64,000 bases of DNA from contig CAZQIF010000003.1 of NCBI GenBank assembly GCA_964593375.1, positions 11,210-75,209 of the forward strand, in the 5' to 3' direction. Numbering within the stretch: position 1 is the first letter of the stretch; the number at the start of each line of letters is the position of its first letter. The stretch comes from an uncultured Candidatus Saccharibacteria bacterium (GTDB lineage: Bacteria; Patescibacteriota; Minisyncoccia; Phycocordibacterales; UBA918). The notes below the pieces were generated by a model, which was given only the letters and a program-made list of their open reading frames with translations, made no database searches and was not told the DNA's origin. A program made the translations under genes and the position numbers. This document shows positions 26,132-37,338 of the stretch, piece after piece.

Positions 26132-29100
26132 ATGACTCACAACACACGAAAAGACAGAGAGATTTCTGTTGGCATGCTTCCAAAGAAGCACTTCCAGCAC
26201 TATCGTGATGCGCGCGTATCACTTCCTGACCTCGTCCAGCCACAGCGAGAATCATTCAAGTGGTTTGTTGAAACCGGTCTCAAAGAAGTATTCAAAGAGT
26301 TTTCACCAATTGGTGACTATTCTGAAAAGAAGTTTGAACTCGTTTTCAAGAAGTATGAACTGGGGAATCCAAAGACGACTCCTCAGTACGCAAAGGAAAA
26401 CAAGCTCACCTACGAAGCGCCACTTCGCGCGCAAGTAGTATTGCGCAACAAGACGTTTGCAGGAGAGAAAGAACAGGAAATCTTCATGGCAGACATTCCA
26501 GTCATGACTGAAAACGGAACCTTCATTGTGAACGGTGTTGAGCGCGTTATTGTGCCACAGCTCGCACGCTCATACGGAATCTTTTTCACTACAAGTGAAA
26601 CCAAGGGGCGAACCTACTTTGGTGCGAAGATAATTCCAGCGCGTGGTGCGTGGGTTGAAATTGAATCTGAAGCCGATGGTGCCATCTACGTAAAGATTGA
26701 CCGAAAGCGAAAGTTCCCGGTCTCATCACTGTTCCGTGTACTTGGTGCAAAAGATGAAAAAGCGGTCGCAGCGCTCTTCAAGGGAGTTCCATTTGCTGAG
26801 GAATTTCTTAAGGCAACATTCCTTAAAGATCCTGCAAAGACTGTTGATGACTCATACATCGAAATTTATCGTCGCCTCCGCGATGGTGACCTTGCGACCG
26901 TAGAAAACGCGCGCGAGTTTGTGAACTCAATCTTTGCTCCTGAGCGATACGACCTTTCAGAAATTGGACGACATCATTTTAACCAACGTTTCGGACTTCC
27001 TGTTGATGCGAAAGCGACTGCAGTCCGCACCGTCGGTCTAGAAGACATTGTGACGATTCTCAAAAACATCATCACGCAGAATCACACCCCCGGAGCAATT
27101 GCTGACGATATCGACCACCTCGGTTTCCGTCGTGTGCGCTACTTTGGAGAACTTCTCCAACAGCGTATCCGTGTTGGTATGACTCGTGTCAAGCGAAACG
27201 TACAAGACCGTATGTCAACGATTGAAGCTGAGACATCACTTCCAATTCAACTCGTGAACCCACGTCCACTTCAAGCAGCGATTAAGGAATTTTTCACCAC
27301 CAACCAGCTTTCACAGTTCATGCCACAGCAGAACATGCTCGCAGAACTCGAAGGTCTCCGTACGCTCTCAGCACTCGGTCCGGGTGGACTCACTCGTGAG
27401 CGCGCTGGCTTTGAGGTGCGTGACGTACACACGAGTCACTACGGCCGACTCTGTCCGATTCACACACCTGAAGGTCCAAACATTGGTCTCATTCTCCGTC
27501 TCTCAATGTACGCTCGCGTAAACCGATTCGGTATCATCGAGACACCATATGCAAAGGTGCATAAAGGAATCGTGACTGACGAGATTGTGTACCTTAATGC
27601 CCATGAAGAAGAGCACTACAACATCGCACACGCTGCGGTAGAAGTTGATGAAAAGGGAAAGATTAAGTCAGAAAACGTTGAGGCTCGCTACAATGGTGAC
27701 CCACGTGTTGTTCTCCCAAATGAAGTTGACTTCATCGACATTGCAACCAATCAGGCATTCTCTGTTGCAACCTCAATGATTCCATTCATTAACCACGACG
27801 ACGCCAACCGCGCACTCATGGGTTCAAATATGCAGAAGCAGGCTACGCCTTGTATCGTGCCTGAAGCACCACTCGTCGCAACGGGCGTTGAGGAAATGGC
27901 TGCTAGGGACACCGGACGCATGATTGTTGCGCATGAAGCAGGAGAAGTTATTGAAGCTGATGCAAAGCATGTCGTCCTCAAAGACAAAGACGGAAAGAAG
28001 CATGAATATGCACTCACGACATTCCAGCGCACCAACGACTTCTCTGCGTTCTACCACCGCACATCAGTTACGGTTGGCGATAAGGTAAAGCGTGGCGACG
28101 TACTCGCAAACACCTCTTCAACCGAAGCGGGTCAAATCGCACTTGGACAAAACGCACTCGTTGCCTTCATGAGTTGGAGCGGTGCAAACTATGAGGACGC
28201 CATCATTATTTCTGAGCGTCTCGTAAAGGATAGTAAGTTTGCAACGATTCACCTCGATGAACTCGAAGTGGCAGTTCGCGACACCAAGCTTGGGCCTGAA
28301 GTTACTACCCCAGACATTCCAAACGTTTCAGAGCAAAAGCTTCGCAACCTCGATGAAGAAGGAATCATTCGCGTTGGTGCAGAAGTGCGCCCAGGCGATA
28401 TTCTTGTCGGTAAAGTTACACCAAAGGGAGAGACACAGCTCACTCCTGAGGAACGACTTCTCCGTTCAATCTTCGGTGAGAAGGCAAAGGATGTGAAGGA
28501 CACTTCACTTCGTCTCGAAGCAGGAAAGCGCGGTCGCATTATCGGCGTGAAAGTATTCTCACGCGAGCAGGGTGACCAACTCGAATCGGGTGTCATCAAG
28601 CGCATTCACATTACCGTTGCACAGGTTCGTAACGTATCAGTGGGTGATAAGCTCGCAGGACGACACGGAAACAAGGGTGTTATCTCACGTATTCTTCCTG
28701 AGGAAGATATGCCGTACACAGAAGATGGAAAGCCGGTTGATGTGATTCTCACACCGCTCGGCGTTCCAAGCCGTATGAACCTCGGACAGATTCTTGAACT
28801 TCACCTTGGTATGGCGGCAAATACACTCGGCTACCAAGCAATCGTTCCTCCATTTGCAGGAGCATCAGAAACTGATGTGAAGGCAGAACTCGCGGCAGCA
28901 GGTTTGCCAACCGATGGAAAGATTCCACTTCGCGATGGACGAACCGGTGAAGCATTCGCACAGCGCATCTCAGTCGGGTACATGTACATTCTTAAACTTC
29001 ATCACATGGTTGAAGACAAGATTCACATGCGCTCAATTGGGCCGTACTCCCTCATTACGCAACAGCCACTCGGCGGAAAGGCACAGGTGGGAGGACAGCG

Positions 29101-29341
29101 ATTTGGAGAAATGGAAGTCTGGGCGCTTCTCGGATACGGTGCTGCATACACGCTCCGTGAAATGCTCACGATTAAGTCAGACGATATTGTTGGTCGTTCA
29201 GCCGCTTTTGACGCCATTGTGCGTGGAGAGCGTATTAGTCACCCACATACACCTGCAGCGTTTAACGTGCTCGTCAATCAACTCCGCGGTCTTTCACTCG
29301 ATGTTGATTTGAAGCGAGAAGGTGGTGTCGATAGAAATTAA
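26132..29341 (+). CDS. rpoB: DNA-directed RNA polymerase subunit beta
   Basis: NGVERVIVPQL, SALGPGGL, TPEGPNIGL, GSNMQKQA, GDKLAGRHGNKGV, GGQRFGEMEVWAL. Confidence 0.99.
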   Translation: MTHNTRKDREISVGMLPKKHFQHYRDARVSLPDLVQPQRESFKWFVETGLKEVFKEFSPIGDYSEKKFELVFKKYELGNPKTTPQYAKENKLTYEAPLRAQVVLRNKTFAGEKEQEIFMADIPVMTENGTFIVNGVERVIVPQLARSYGIFFTTSETKGRTYFGAKIIPARGAWVEIESEADGAIYVKIDRKRKFPVSSLFRVLGAKDEKAVAALFKGVPFAEEFLKATFLKDPAKTVDDSYIEIYRRLRDGDLATVENAREFVNSIFAPERYDLSEIGRHHFNQRFGLPVDAKATAVRTVGLEDIVTILKNIITQNHTPGAIADDIDHLGFRRVRYFGELLQQRIRVGMTRVKRNVQDRMSTIEAETSLPIQLVNPRPLQAAIKEFFTTNQLSQFMPQQNMLAELEGLRTLSALGPGGLTRERAGFEVRDVHTSHYGRLCPIHTPEGPNIGLILRLSMYARVNRFGIIETPYAKVHKGIVTDEIVYLNAHEEEHYNIAHAAVEVDEKGKIKSENVEARYNGDPRVVLPNEVDFIDIATNQAFSVATSMIPFINHDDANRALMGSNMQKQATPCIVPEAPLVATGVEEMAARDTGRMIVAHEAGEVIEADAKHVVLKDKDGKKHEYALTTFQRTNDFSAFYHRTSVTVGDKVKRGDVLANTSSTEAGQIALGQNALVAFMSWSGANYEDAIIISERLVKDSKFATIHLDELEVAVRDTKLGPEVTTPDIPNVSEQKLRNLDEEGIIRVGAEVRPGDILVGKVTPKGETQLTPEERLLRSIFGEKAKDVKDTSLRLEAGKRGRIIGVKVFSREQGDQLESGVIKRIHITVAQVRNVSVGDKLAGRHGNKGVISRILPEEDMPYTEDGKPVDVILTPLGVPSRMNLGQILELHLGMAANTLGYQAIVPPFAGASETDVKAELAAAGLPTDGKIPLRDGRTGEAFAQRISVGYMYILKLHHMVEDKIHMRSIGPYSLITQQPLGGKAQVGGQRFGEMEVWALLGYGAAYTLREMLTIKSDDIVGRSAAFDAIVRGERISHPHTPAAFNVLVNQLRGLSLDVDLKREGGVDRN

Positions 29342-29369
29342 TTAATAGTCACTAACTTTGTATAACAAT

Positions 29370-32300
29370 ATGAGAAATCAAGCACCACAATTGTTCAGCG
29401 AAGTGAGCCTCAAGCTCGCATCTCCTGAGCGAATCCTCGAATGGTCAAAGGGTGAAGTCACAAAGCCAGAGACTATTAACTACCGCACACAGCGTCCTGA
29501 AAAGCACGGTCTCTTTGATGAAAGGATATTCGGTCCGGTTGAGGACTACGAGTGTTCTTGCAAGAAGTATCGTGGCATCCGCTACAAGGGAATTACCTGT
29601 GAGAAGTGTGGTGTTGAAATCACCCGCTCAATCGTACGACGCGAACGCATGGGGCACATTGAGCTCTGCGTGCCCGTCTCACACATTTGGTTCCTTCGTG
29701 GTGTTCCATCACGTATTGCGCTTATTTTAGGAACATCAGCAGCGTCAATTGAAAAAGTTGTGTACTTCGCAGGATACATCGTCACGAAAGTGAGTGAAGA
29801 AGAACGAACTCGACTCCTTCGCGAGCTTGATACTGAATACAAGACGAAGCACAAGGAACTCACGAGCGACCTCGCACGTGAAGAACTCAAGAATCGCATG
29901 GAAGAGATGAAGAAGGAGATTCAGGGTATTACCCAAGGAGCTATCCTTGACGAGATGCACTTCCACAAATTCTCAATGAAGTACAGCGTACTCTTTGAGG
30001 CAGAGATTGGTGCTGAGGCAATATTTCAACTCTTCAAGAAGCTTGACCTTGTCTTGCTCCGCGAGCGACTCGAAAAGGAGCGCGAGACTGCGGGCGCTGC
30101 AGAGCGTACCAAGCTCGACAAGCGACTTTCACTCATTCGCGGCATGATTCATGCGGGCGTCAGGCCTGAGTGGATGTTCCTCACCCGTATTCCGGTTATC
30201 CCACCAGCGCTTCGTCCTATGGTTGCGCTCGAAGGAGGACGTCATGCGTCATCAGACCTTAACGACCTCTATAGGCGTGTTATTAACCGAAACAATCGCT
30301 TGAAGAAACTCATCGACATCATGGCGCCAGACGTTATTCTTCGTAACGAAAAGCGTATTCTTCAAGAAGCGGTAGACGCACTCATCGACAACTCAATTCG
30401 TCACGGCAACACTGCATACTCAGCAATGAGTCAGGCACAGCGCCGACCACTTAAGTCACTCGCCGATTACCTCAAGAGCAAGCAAGGTTATTTCCGTCAG
30501 AACTTGCTCGGTAAGCGCGTCGACTATTCAGGACGTTCGGTGATTGTTATTGGACCAGACCTCGCACTCGACCAGTGTGGTCTGCCAAAGCACATGGCAC
30601 TTGAGCTTTTCCGCCCATTCGTCATTTCAGAACTCTTAAAGCAAGAACTTGCATACAACATTCGTGGTGCAGGACGCTTGATTGAAGACGGAGTGCCAGA
30701 AGTCTGGGCAATTCTTGAAAATGTGATTCGTGATCGACACGTACTTCTTAACCGCGCACCGACACTGCACCGTCAGGGTATTCAGGCGTTCCGCCCAGTG
30801 CTCATTGAAGGTAACGCGATTCAGGTTCACCCACTCGTTTGTCGTGCGTTCAACGCCGACTTCGACGGAGACCAGATGGCGGTACACGTACCACTTTCAG
30901 TGGAGGCACAGCTCGAAGCACGAGAAATTATTTCTGCAAACAAGAACATCCTAAAGCCTGGATCTGCTGAACCAGTCGTTTCTGAAAAACTTCTCGATAT
31001 GGCACTTGGTGCATTCTGGATGACCAAGATTGTCGAAAATGCAAAAGGTGAAGGAAAGTTCTTCCAGTCACCAAACGCTGCGATTCTCGCCTTTGACTTC
31101 GGTGTTATCGACATTCGCGCAAAGGTAAAGGTACTCGCAACGAGTACACCGAAATACGCGCAGTTTGAAGAAAAACTTTTTGAGACAACGGTTGGACGAC
31201 TCCTCTTCAACTCAGTACTTCCAAGCGAACACCCATTCATTAACGATGTGATTACTCAGCGCGCACTCTTTGGCATCGTCGTTGATATTATTGACGATGA
31301 AGGAATTGGTGCGGTGCCAAAGATTGTTGACCGCATGAAGCGATTCGGATTCGAGTACGCGACAAAGTCAGGAACGACATGGGGAATTGACGACGTGGTC
31401 GTGCCAGAAGAAAAGAAAGGCATAATCGCAAAGGCACGCGCATCAGAAAAAACGATTCTCGAACATTTCGACGAAGGTCTCCTCTCACGAGAAGAACGAC
31501 GACGCCTCATCATTGGTATTTGGCACAAGGCGAAGACCGAGATTGAGGAAATCCTCCCAAGTACACTCGACAAGAACGGCTCAGTCTACGATATGTGGAA
31601 GTCTGGCGCCCGCGGTTCTATGGGACAGATTGCACAGATGGCCGGTATGAAGGGTCTCATCATCAACACAAGGGGGGAGACACTCGAGTTCCCAATTCTT
31701 TCATCAATGAAGGAAGGTATGAGCCCGATTGAATACTTCATTACGACACACGGTTCACGAAAAGGTCTCGCCGACACCGCGCTTCAAACCGCGAAGGCTG
31801 GATACCTCACTCGTCGTCTCTTTGTGGTTGCCCAAGACGCAATCGTGACTGAAGATAACTGTAAGACAAAGGAGGGTGTGACGATTGGTCGCACGAGTTC
31901 TTCAGGAATTCAGATTGCATTCAGTAAGGCGACACGTGGTCGTATTCTCGCTGAAGATGCAGTACTCCCTGACGGGACTGTACTTTTCAAGAAAGGACAC
32001 CTCCTTTCACGACTCGATTCACTTACTGTCGAAGAAAGTAAGGTTGAATCAGTTGTCGTGCGTTCACCGATGACCTGTAAGACACTCCAAGGAGTATGTC
32101 AGCAGTGTTACGGAATCGACCTCACGACAAACAAACTCGTTGATATTGGAGAGGCGGTAGGAACCGTTGCCGCACAGGCGATTGGTGAACCAGGAACACA
32201 GCTCACCATGAACACGAAGCACGCCGGAGGAGCTGCGTCAGTCGGTGGAGACGTGACCCAGGGTCTCCCTCGCGTTGAAGAAGTATTCGAAAAGCGTCTT

Positions 32301-33023
32301 CCCAAGATTCCTGCAATTATTTCGCACACCGATGGTGTCGTCACTGACATTCGTACTGAAGGACGCGAAAAGATTATTGTGGTTGCACCAACACTCGGCT
32401 CTAAGTACGCAACAAAGAAGAACGACAACATTGAGTACCCAGTACACTTCCGTCGCGTCGTGGCGGTCATTGTTGGGGAGGCAGTAAAGCAGGGACAATT
32501 CCTCACGGATGGTTCTGCAAGTCTTCCTGAACTCTTCAAGTACGCAGGCGAGCAAGCAACACAGGAATACATCATTAACGAAACAAACAAGATTTACGAA
32601 CTCCAGGGTGTGACGATTTCACGCAAGCACATTGAGCTCATCGTAAAGCAGATGCTTTCACGCGTGAAGATTACGAACAGTGGGGACAGTCACTTCACGA
32701 CAGGGGATGTTGTCGAGGAATGGAACTTTGTTCGCATCAACAACGAAATCAAGGAGAAGGGAGGAGAGCCAGCAAAGGCTGACAAGCTTATTCTCGGAAT
32801 CACTGAGACCTCACTCTCACGAAAGAGTTTTCTCTCAGCAGCTTCATTCCAAAACACCACACGCGTTCTCATCAACGCAGCGGTGCGCGGAAGTGAAGAC
32901 AAGCTCACCGGACTCATGGAGAACGTCATTATTGGTCGACTCATTCCTGCAGGAACGGGCTTCAAGGGAAGTAAGAAGTTTGATTTGATTCAGACTGTGG
33001 CAGAGAAAGACGGCGACGAGTAA
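29370..33023 (+). CDS. rpoC: DNA-directed RNA polymerase subunit beta'
   Basis: KPETINYRT, Zn finger, LLGKRVDYSGRSVI, NADFDGDQM, QAIGEPGTQLT, SAASFQNT. Confidence 0.99.
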   Translation: MRNQAPQLFSEVSLKLASPERILEWSKGEVTKPETINYRTQRPEKHGLFDERIFGPVEDYECSCKKYRGIRYKGITCEKCGVEITRSIVRRERMGHIELCVPVSHIWFLRGVPSRIALILGTSAASIEKVVYFAGYIVTKVSEEERTRLLRELDTEYKTKHKELTSDLAREELKNRMEEMKKEIQGITQGAILDEMHFHKFSMKYSVLFEAEIGAEAIFQLFKKLDLVLLRERLEKERETAGAAERTKLDKRLSLIRGMIHAGVRPEWMFLTRIPVIPPALRPMVALEGGRHASSDLNDLYRRVINRNNRLKKLIDIMAPDVILRNEKRILQEAVDALIDNSIRHGNTAYSAMSQAQRRPLKSLADYLKSKQGYFRQNLLGKRVDYSGRSVIVIGPDLALDQCGLPKHMALELFRPFVISELLKQELAYNIRGAGRLIEDGVPEVWAILENVIRDRHVLLNRAPTLHRQGIQAFRPVLIEGNAIQVHPLVCRAFNADFDGDQMAVHVPLSVEAQLEAREIISANKNILKPGSAEPVVSEKLLDMALGAFWMTKIVENAKGEGKFFQSPNAAILAFDFGVIDIRAKVKVLATSTPKYAQFEEKLFETTVGRLLFNSVLPSEHPFINDVITQRALFGIVVDIIDDEGIGAVPKIVDRMKRFGFEYATKSGTTWGIDDVVVPEEKKGIIAKARASEKTILEHFDEGLLSREERRRLIIGIWHKAKTEIEEILPSTLDKNGSVYDMWKSGARGSMGQIAQMAGMKGLIINTRGETLEFPILSSMKEGMSPIEYFITTHGSRKGLADTALQTAKAGYLTRRLFVVAQDAIVTEDNCKTKEGVTIGRTSSSGIQIAFSKATRGRILAEDAVLPDGTVLFKKGHLLSRLDSLTVEESKVESVVVRSPMTCKTLQGVCQQCYGIDLTTNKLVDIGEAVGTVAAQAIGEPGTQLTMNTKHAGGAASVGGDVTQGLPRVEEVFEKRLPKIPAIISHTDGVVTDIRTEGREKIIVVAPTLGSKYATKKNDNIEYPVHFRRVVAVIVGEAVKQGQFLTDGSASLPELFKYAGEQATQEYIINETNKIYELQGVTISRKHIELIVKQMLSRVKITNSGDSHFTTGDVVEEWNFVRINNEIKEKGGEPAKADKLILGITETSLSRKSFLSAASFQNTTRVLINAAVRGSEDKLTGLMENVIIGRLIPAGTGFKGSKKFDLIQTVAEKDGDE

Positions 33024-33148
33024 TAGAACTTACGGAAACAGCGCATTTCTTTGTCGCACATCACAAAATAATTCTCATCGTATATCTTTATACGCCTCGA
33101 ATTATTTTGTTTGTGCTTCTCGAACTGCATCTGTGTCCGTAAGTTCTA
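33024..33148 (-). repeat. Structured intergenic repeat family C, copy 4 (directly after rpoC stop)
   Basis: Outer stem TAGAACTTACGGA/TCCGTAAGTTCTA; minus strand TTCGAGAA..GAGGCGTAT..ATACGATGA..GACAAAGAAA. Confidence 0.8.
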
Positions 33149-33203
33149 GAGTGACGAGGTCTGGAACATTTTGAGACAAGTTTAGGATGTGGTAAATGAA
33201 AAC

Positions 33204-33242
33204 AAACAACTGCCGGATGCCTTTGGCATCCGGCAGTTGTTT
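33204..33242 (+). terminator. Terminator after rpoC
   Basis: AAACAACTGCCGGATGCC-TTT-GGCATCCGGCAGTTGTTT. Confidence 0.75.
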
Positions 33243-33314
33243 CGTCTCGCGACAAAATTCCACTAACGTCAACACCTCACCCTAAGCACAAAAATCCCGT
33301 ATAATACACGCATT

Positions 33315-35030
33315 ATGGCGAGAACCCTGGTAGAAGAAATTAAGGAACGACTCTCAATTCTTGATGTCGTGGGTATGTACGTTGAACTCCAAAAGGCAGG
33401 GAAGAGCTACAAAGGAAAGTCCCCGTTTACGACTGAAAAAACACCGTCATTCTTCGTCTCTCCCGACCGTGGTGTCTACTTTTGTTTCTCGTCCCAAAAA
33501 GGAGGCGACATGTTCACCTTCATTGAAGAGATGGAAGGTGTTGATTTTAAGGGTGCCCTCAAAATTCTTGCGGATAAAGCCGGCGTTGAACTCGTCCCCG
33601 AAGATCCAAAAACGCGCGATGAGCGCGAGACCGAGTATGCACTCCTCGAAGAAGCAACACAATTTTTTTTCAAACAGCGTGAGGTGCACCCTCATGTGGA
33701 TGAATATATCGCTGACCGTGGAGTGAGTGGAACGACCATCTACGCATGGCGCATTGGCTACGCACCCGACGAGTGGCGCGCACTCAAAGCACACCTCACC
33801 GAAAAAAAGTTTACCGAGGCGCAGATGCTCCACGCTGGCCTCATCAAGAAAACTGACCCCAATAAAGAATCGTACGACGTCTTCCGCGACCGCGTCATGT
33901 TTCCGATTCGTGATGTCTCTGGGCGCGTCGTTGCATTCTCAGGACGCACGCTCAAGAAAGAAGACGGTATCCCGAAGTACGTGAACTCACCCGAAACTGA
34001 CCTCTTCAAAAAGTCTGAAATCCTCTACGGCTACGACATCGCGAAGCAGGGCATCCGCCATATGGACTTCTCGCTCATTGTCGAAGGGCAGTTTGATATT
34101 GTGCTCGCGCACCAAGCCGGGTACTCAAATACCGTGGCAGTCTCAGGCACTGCATTTACTCAGCATCACATCATGCTCCTCCAGCGTCTCTCAAATCGTG
34201 CGGTCCTCGCACTCGATTCAGATAGGGCCGGTATCGCCGCGGTGAAGCGCTCCGCGGGGCTTATGCTCGAGCGTGGAATGGATGTGAAAGTAGCACGCAT
34301 GGAAGGTGGAAAGGATCCGGCAGACATCATCAAAGCAGACCCAAAGGAATTTAAAAAGTTCATCGGCAACGCAGTACACGTCGTCGACTTTCTCCTCGGG
34401 GTTCTCAAAGAGGGAATGAAAGACGAGCGTACGTACAAGCTTCGCGTGCGTGAAGAAATTCTTCCGCTCCTCCTTGTGATGCCAAACCACATTGACCGCG
34501 AGCATTTCGAAGGAGTGGTTGCTGACGCTATTGGGACGCGCAAAAATGCCATTCACTACGAAATGGAGCGCCTCGCCGAAAAGCATGTTCGCGAACTACG
34601 GCCAGACGACAGTGTAGTGCGCCCACCGGTAAAGACCGCGGTGAAGCGAAGTGTTGAGCTCACCTCATACCTCCGCGCGATTGCAGTCATTGAAGAAGGG
34701 GAGCGCCCAGCGCTTGCGCGCCAAATTGAAGAACGACTCGTCATACTTTTCGACGCCGACATACTCAAAACCCTTCCCGAGGAGAAGACACTTTTTGTCG
34801 TTGAAAAGCACTTCGAAGGATTGACCGAAAAGAACATTCTCGAGGAGGTAAATGATGTCCTCAAACAGCTCACCGAACTCATAGCCAAAGAGCGACTTTC
34901 AAAATTGCGCGAGGATATCCGCCGTGCCGAGGAGGCAGGGGACGAAAGTCTCGTTATGCGCTTTGTTGAGGAAACAAAAAAGGCAGAAACGTGGTTACAA
35001 AAAGCAACTCCGGTCACTTTGCCAGAGTAG
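33315..35030 (+). CDS. dnaG: DNA primase
   Basis: EKTPSF, FRDRVMFPI, FSGR, PKYVNSPET, VEGQFD, DSDRAG TOPRIM, KDPAD; Zn-binding domain Cys residues partly lost. Confidence 0.97.
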   Translation: MARTLVEEIKERLSILDVVGMYVELQKAGKSYKGKSPFTTEKTPSFFVSPDRGVYFCFSSQKGGDMFTFIEEMEGVDFKGALKILADKAGVELVPEDPKTRDERETEYALLEEATQFFFKQREVHPHVDEYIADRGVSGTTIYAWRIGYAPDEWRALKAHLTEKKFTEAQMLHAGLIKKTDPNKESYDVFRDRVMFPIRDVSGRVVAFSGRTLKKEDGIPKYVNSPETDLFKKSEILYGYDIAKQGIRHMDFSLIVEGQFDIVLAHQAGYSNTVAVSGTAFTQHHIMLLQRLSNRAVLALDSDRAGIAAVKRSAGLMLERGMDVKVARMEGGKDPADIIKADPKEFKKFIGNAVHVVDFLLGVLKEGMKDERTYKLRVREEILPLLLVMPNHIDREHFEGVVADAIGTRKNAIHYEMERLAEKHVRELRPDDSVVRPPVKTAVKRSVELTSYLRAIAVIEEGERPALARQIEERLVILFDADILKTLPEEKTLFVVEKHFEGLTEKNILEEVNDVLKQLTELIAKERLSKLREDIRRAEEAGDESLVMRFVEETKKAETWLQKATPVTLPE

Positions 35031-35100
35031 GTGGAACCCACCTCACATTGAAAGAAAAACCGTGGACAAACGTATAATATAATGTATAGTTGTGGACATT

Positions 35101-36432
35101 ATGGCTCTGAAAAAGACCAAGAAACAGAATACAAAAGGAAAAAAGCCGGCTCCAAAAAAGCCGGTCAAGAAGTCTATAAAAGCAAAAAAGTCTGCACCGA
35201 AAACAAAAAAGGTGTCAGCAAAAAAAGGAGCCAAGAAAGTAACACCAAAAAAGAAAGTTACAAAGAAGGTAGTTAAGGCAAAGAAGGTTGCTCCGAAAAA
35301 AGTCGCAAAGAAAGCGGTTGTTAAAAAACCAGCAAAGCCAGTAAAGCTCACGAAGGCAGAATTGCTCCTCGAGAGTAAGGCAGCAGTACTTCTTACCGCA
35401 GGACGCACACGCGGATACATTACGTATGACGAAATTCTCAAGGAATTTCCTGAGATTGAAAACAACGTCAACTTTCTCGAGACACTCTACGAACGTCTAG
35501 CGACGGCGAGTATTGATGTGCTCGGCTCAGGTGGTATGCTCGGCAACGACGAGAACGAAGACCTGCTCGACAAGCGCAATGTATATCGCCGAAACGAAAG
35601 TAGCGGATACGATTCTATTCAGATGTACCTACGTGAAATCGGCCAGTACCCACTTCTTACCGCACACGAAGAGCGCACACTCGCGAAGCGTATTGTGGAC
35701 GGTGATGCAGAGGCACGTAATCTCCTCGCACGCGCAAACCTCCGCCTCGTTGTTTCTATTGCAAAGAAGTACGTAGGACGAAGCCCTGACCTCACACTCC
35801 TCGACCTTATTCAGGAAGGAAACCTCGGTCTCTTTAAAGCGGTTGATAAGTTCGACTTCACGAAAGGATTCAAGTTTTCTACGTATGCAACGTGGTGGAT
35901 TCGTCAGGCAATTACCCGTGCACTCGCCGACCAGTCACGCACCATTCGTATTCCGGTACACATGGTTGAAACAATGGCAAAGTACAAGCAGGTCTCACGA
36001 CGCTTGGCACAAGACTTAGGCCGTGACCCAATGGCAGAAGAGATTGCGACCGAGATGGGTGTTGAAGTAGAAAAAATTTACCAGATTGAAAAAATCAGTC
36101 AGGATACTATTTCACTTGAACTTCCAATCGGCGACGACGATGATCGCTCACGACTTTCAGACTTTATTTCAGACGACAAGATTATGGCGCCAGACCAAGA
36201 GGTTGCACATCGCATTCTCGCCGACCAGATGCAAGAAATTCTTGATACGCTTTCAGAAAAGGAACGCAAGATTCTCGAAATGCGTCACGGACTTCTCGAT
36301 GGTACGTACCACACACTCGAAGAGGTGGGGAAGGAGTTTGGGGTTACCCGCGAGCGTATTCGCCAAATCGAAGCAAAGGCTCTCGAGAAGATTAGACAGC
36401 ACGAGAAGGCTAGACGTTTAAAGAGCTACTAA
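35101..36432 (+). CDS. rpoD: Primary sigma factor (sigma70) with Lys-rich N-terminal extension
   Basis: [52 protein letters not shown]...[10 protein letters not shown]; follows dnaG. Confidence 0.97.
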   Translation: MALKKTKKQNTKGKKPAPKKPVKKSIKAKKSAPKTKKVSAKKGAKKVTPKKKVTKKVVKAKKVAPKKVAKKAVVKKPAKPVKLTKAELLLESKAAVLLTAGRTRGYITYDEILKEFPEIENNVNFLETLYERLATASIDVLGSGGMLGNDENEDLLDKRNVYRRNESSGYDSIQMYLREIGQYPLLTAHEERTLAKRIVDGDAEARNLLARANLRLVVSIAKKYVGRSPDLTLLDLIQEGNLGLFKAVDKFDFTKGFKFSTYATWWIRQAITRALADQSRTIRIPVHMVETMAKYKQVSRRLAQDLGRDPMAEEIATEMGVEVEKIYQIEKISQDTISLELPIGDDDDRSRLSDFISDDKIMAPDQEVAHRILADQMQEILDTLSEKERKILEMRHGLLDGTYHTLEEVGKEFGVTRERIRQIEAKALEKIRQHEKARRLKSY

Positions 36433-36577
36433 CAGCATGAGGCAAGACGCTAAAACGCCTGCTCCCCGTGTGGTCGCAGGCGTTAAGCGTTTGCATAAGC
36501 AAATCATAGTCACACTACGTGCTCCTTGATTTCCTAAAAAGCTAGAAGGCTCAAAAGCTATTAAATTTTAAAACCAT

Positions 36578-36611
36578 CAAAAATCCCTGAACGTCTGTTC
36601 AGGGATTTTTG
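36578..36611. terminator. Bidirectional terminator-like hairpin (near-identical twin at 39078-39113)
   Basis: CAAAAATCCCTGAAC-GTCT-GTTCAGGGATTTTTG. Confidence 0.7.
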
Positions 36612-36674
36612 TTAAACAGCCCACTTACAAATTGATTCTATCTTGGCACGACGCTTTGCGTTGGGGTTTTCGCG

Positions 36675-36718
36675 TATATCACAGCTTTGTTGTCGAACGA
36701 CAACAAAGCTGTGATATA
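36675..36718. repeat. 21-bp-arm palindrome upstream of PaaX-like gene
   Basis: TATATCACAGCTTTGTTGTCG-AA-CGACAACAAAGCTGTGATATA. Confidence 0.9.
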
Positions 36719-36736
36719 TTTAAAGTACACTTCTGT

Positions 36737-37324
36737 ATGAGTAATTTTTCTTCTAAAAAATTCAATCATATCGATTTACTCCGCAAACAATCGCGTTCAT
36801 ATCGAGTACTGCAGGAGATTTCAGCAGGCGATATGTTTGTTGGATTTCTTCTTTCTGCTCGGAGTACCAAACTTATGTACCAAGTTGCGCGACGACGCGC
36901 TCAAGAGCGATATCAAAACAAGAAAACAATTTTGGAGCTTAAGGCATCGGGATATGTGACCGAAAGGGAGGTCTCGGGTCAACCATCATTTTTCATTACC
37001 AAAGCGGGAAAACAGGCTTTGCGGGAAGTGTATCGAAAAGCGCATGCTCAGCACACAAAACCGGCCTCATGGGATGGTTTATGGCGAGTGGTTTCGTATG
37101 ATTTCCCTGAAGGTGAAAGGAGTGTTCGTAACTCTCTGCGGTATGTGCTTGAAAAAGCTCAGTTTTTGCAAATTCAAAAAAGCGTTTGGCTTTCGCCGTT
37201 TGACTCACAAGAACTTGAAAAGGTAATTGCGAGTCATACAGTGGCCAAAAATCATGTTGTCGTAATGGTTGTTCGCTCTATTTCTGAAGAAGAACGATAC
37301 AAGAAGCATTTTCGACTCAAGTAA
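36737..37324 (+). CDS. PaaX-like protein (winged-helix plus Cas2/VapD-like ferredoxin-fold domain)
   Basis: L.ELKASGYV.....FFITKAG (wHTH wing); WDGLWRVVSYDFPE...R..LR..L....F.QIQKSVW (PaaX central / Cas2-like). Confidence 0.8.
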   Translation: MSNFSSKKFNHIDLLRKQSRSYRVLQEISAGDMFVGFLLSARSTKLMYQVARRRAQERYQNKKTILELKASGYVTEREVSGQPSFFITKAGKQALREVYRKAHAQHTKPASWDGLWRVVSYDFPEGERSVRNSLRYVLEKAQFLQIQKSVWLSPFDSQELEKVIASHTVAKNHVVVMVVRSISEEERYKKHFRLK

Positions 37325-37338
37325 TACCATCCACAACG

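Noticed and set aside
26132-33023. Inteins or introns in rpoB/rpoC (and in dnaE)
   Set aside because: ORFs are continuous and of minimal length, with no intein motifs or unexplained insertions
36737-37324. Calling this gene cas2 or part of a CRISPR system
   Set aside because: No cas1 and no repeat-spacer array in the window; the wHTH fusion is PaaX-like
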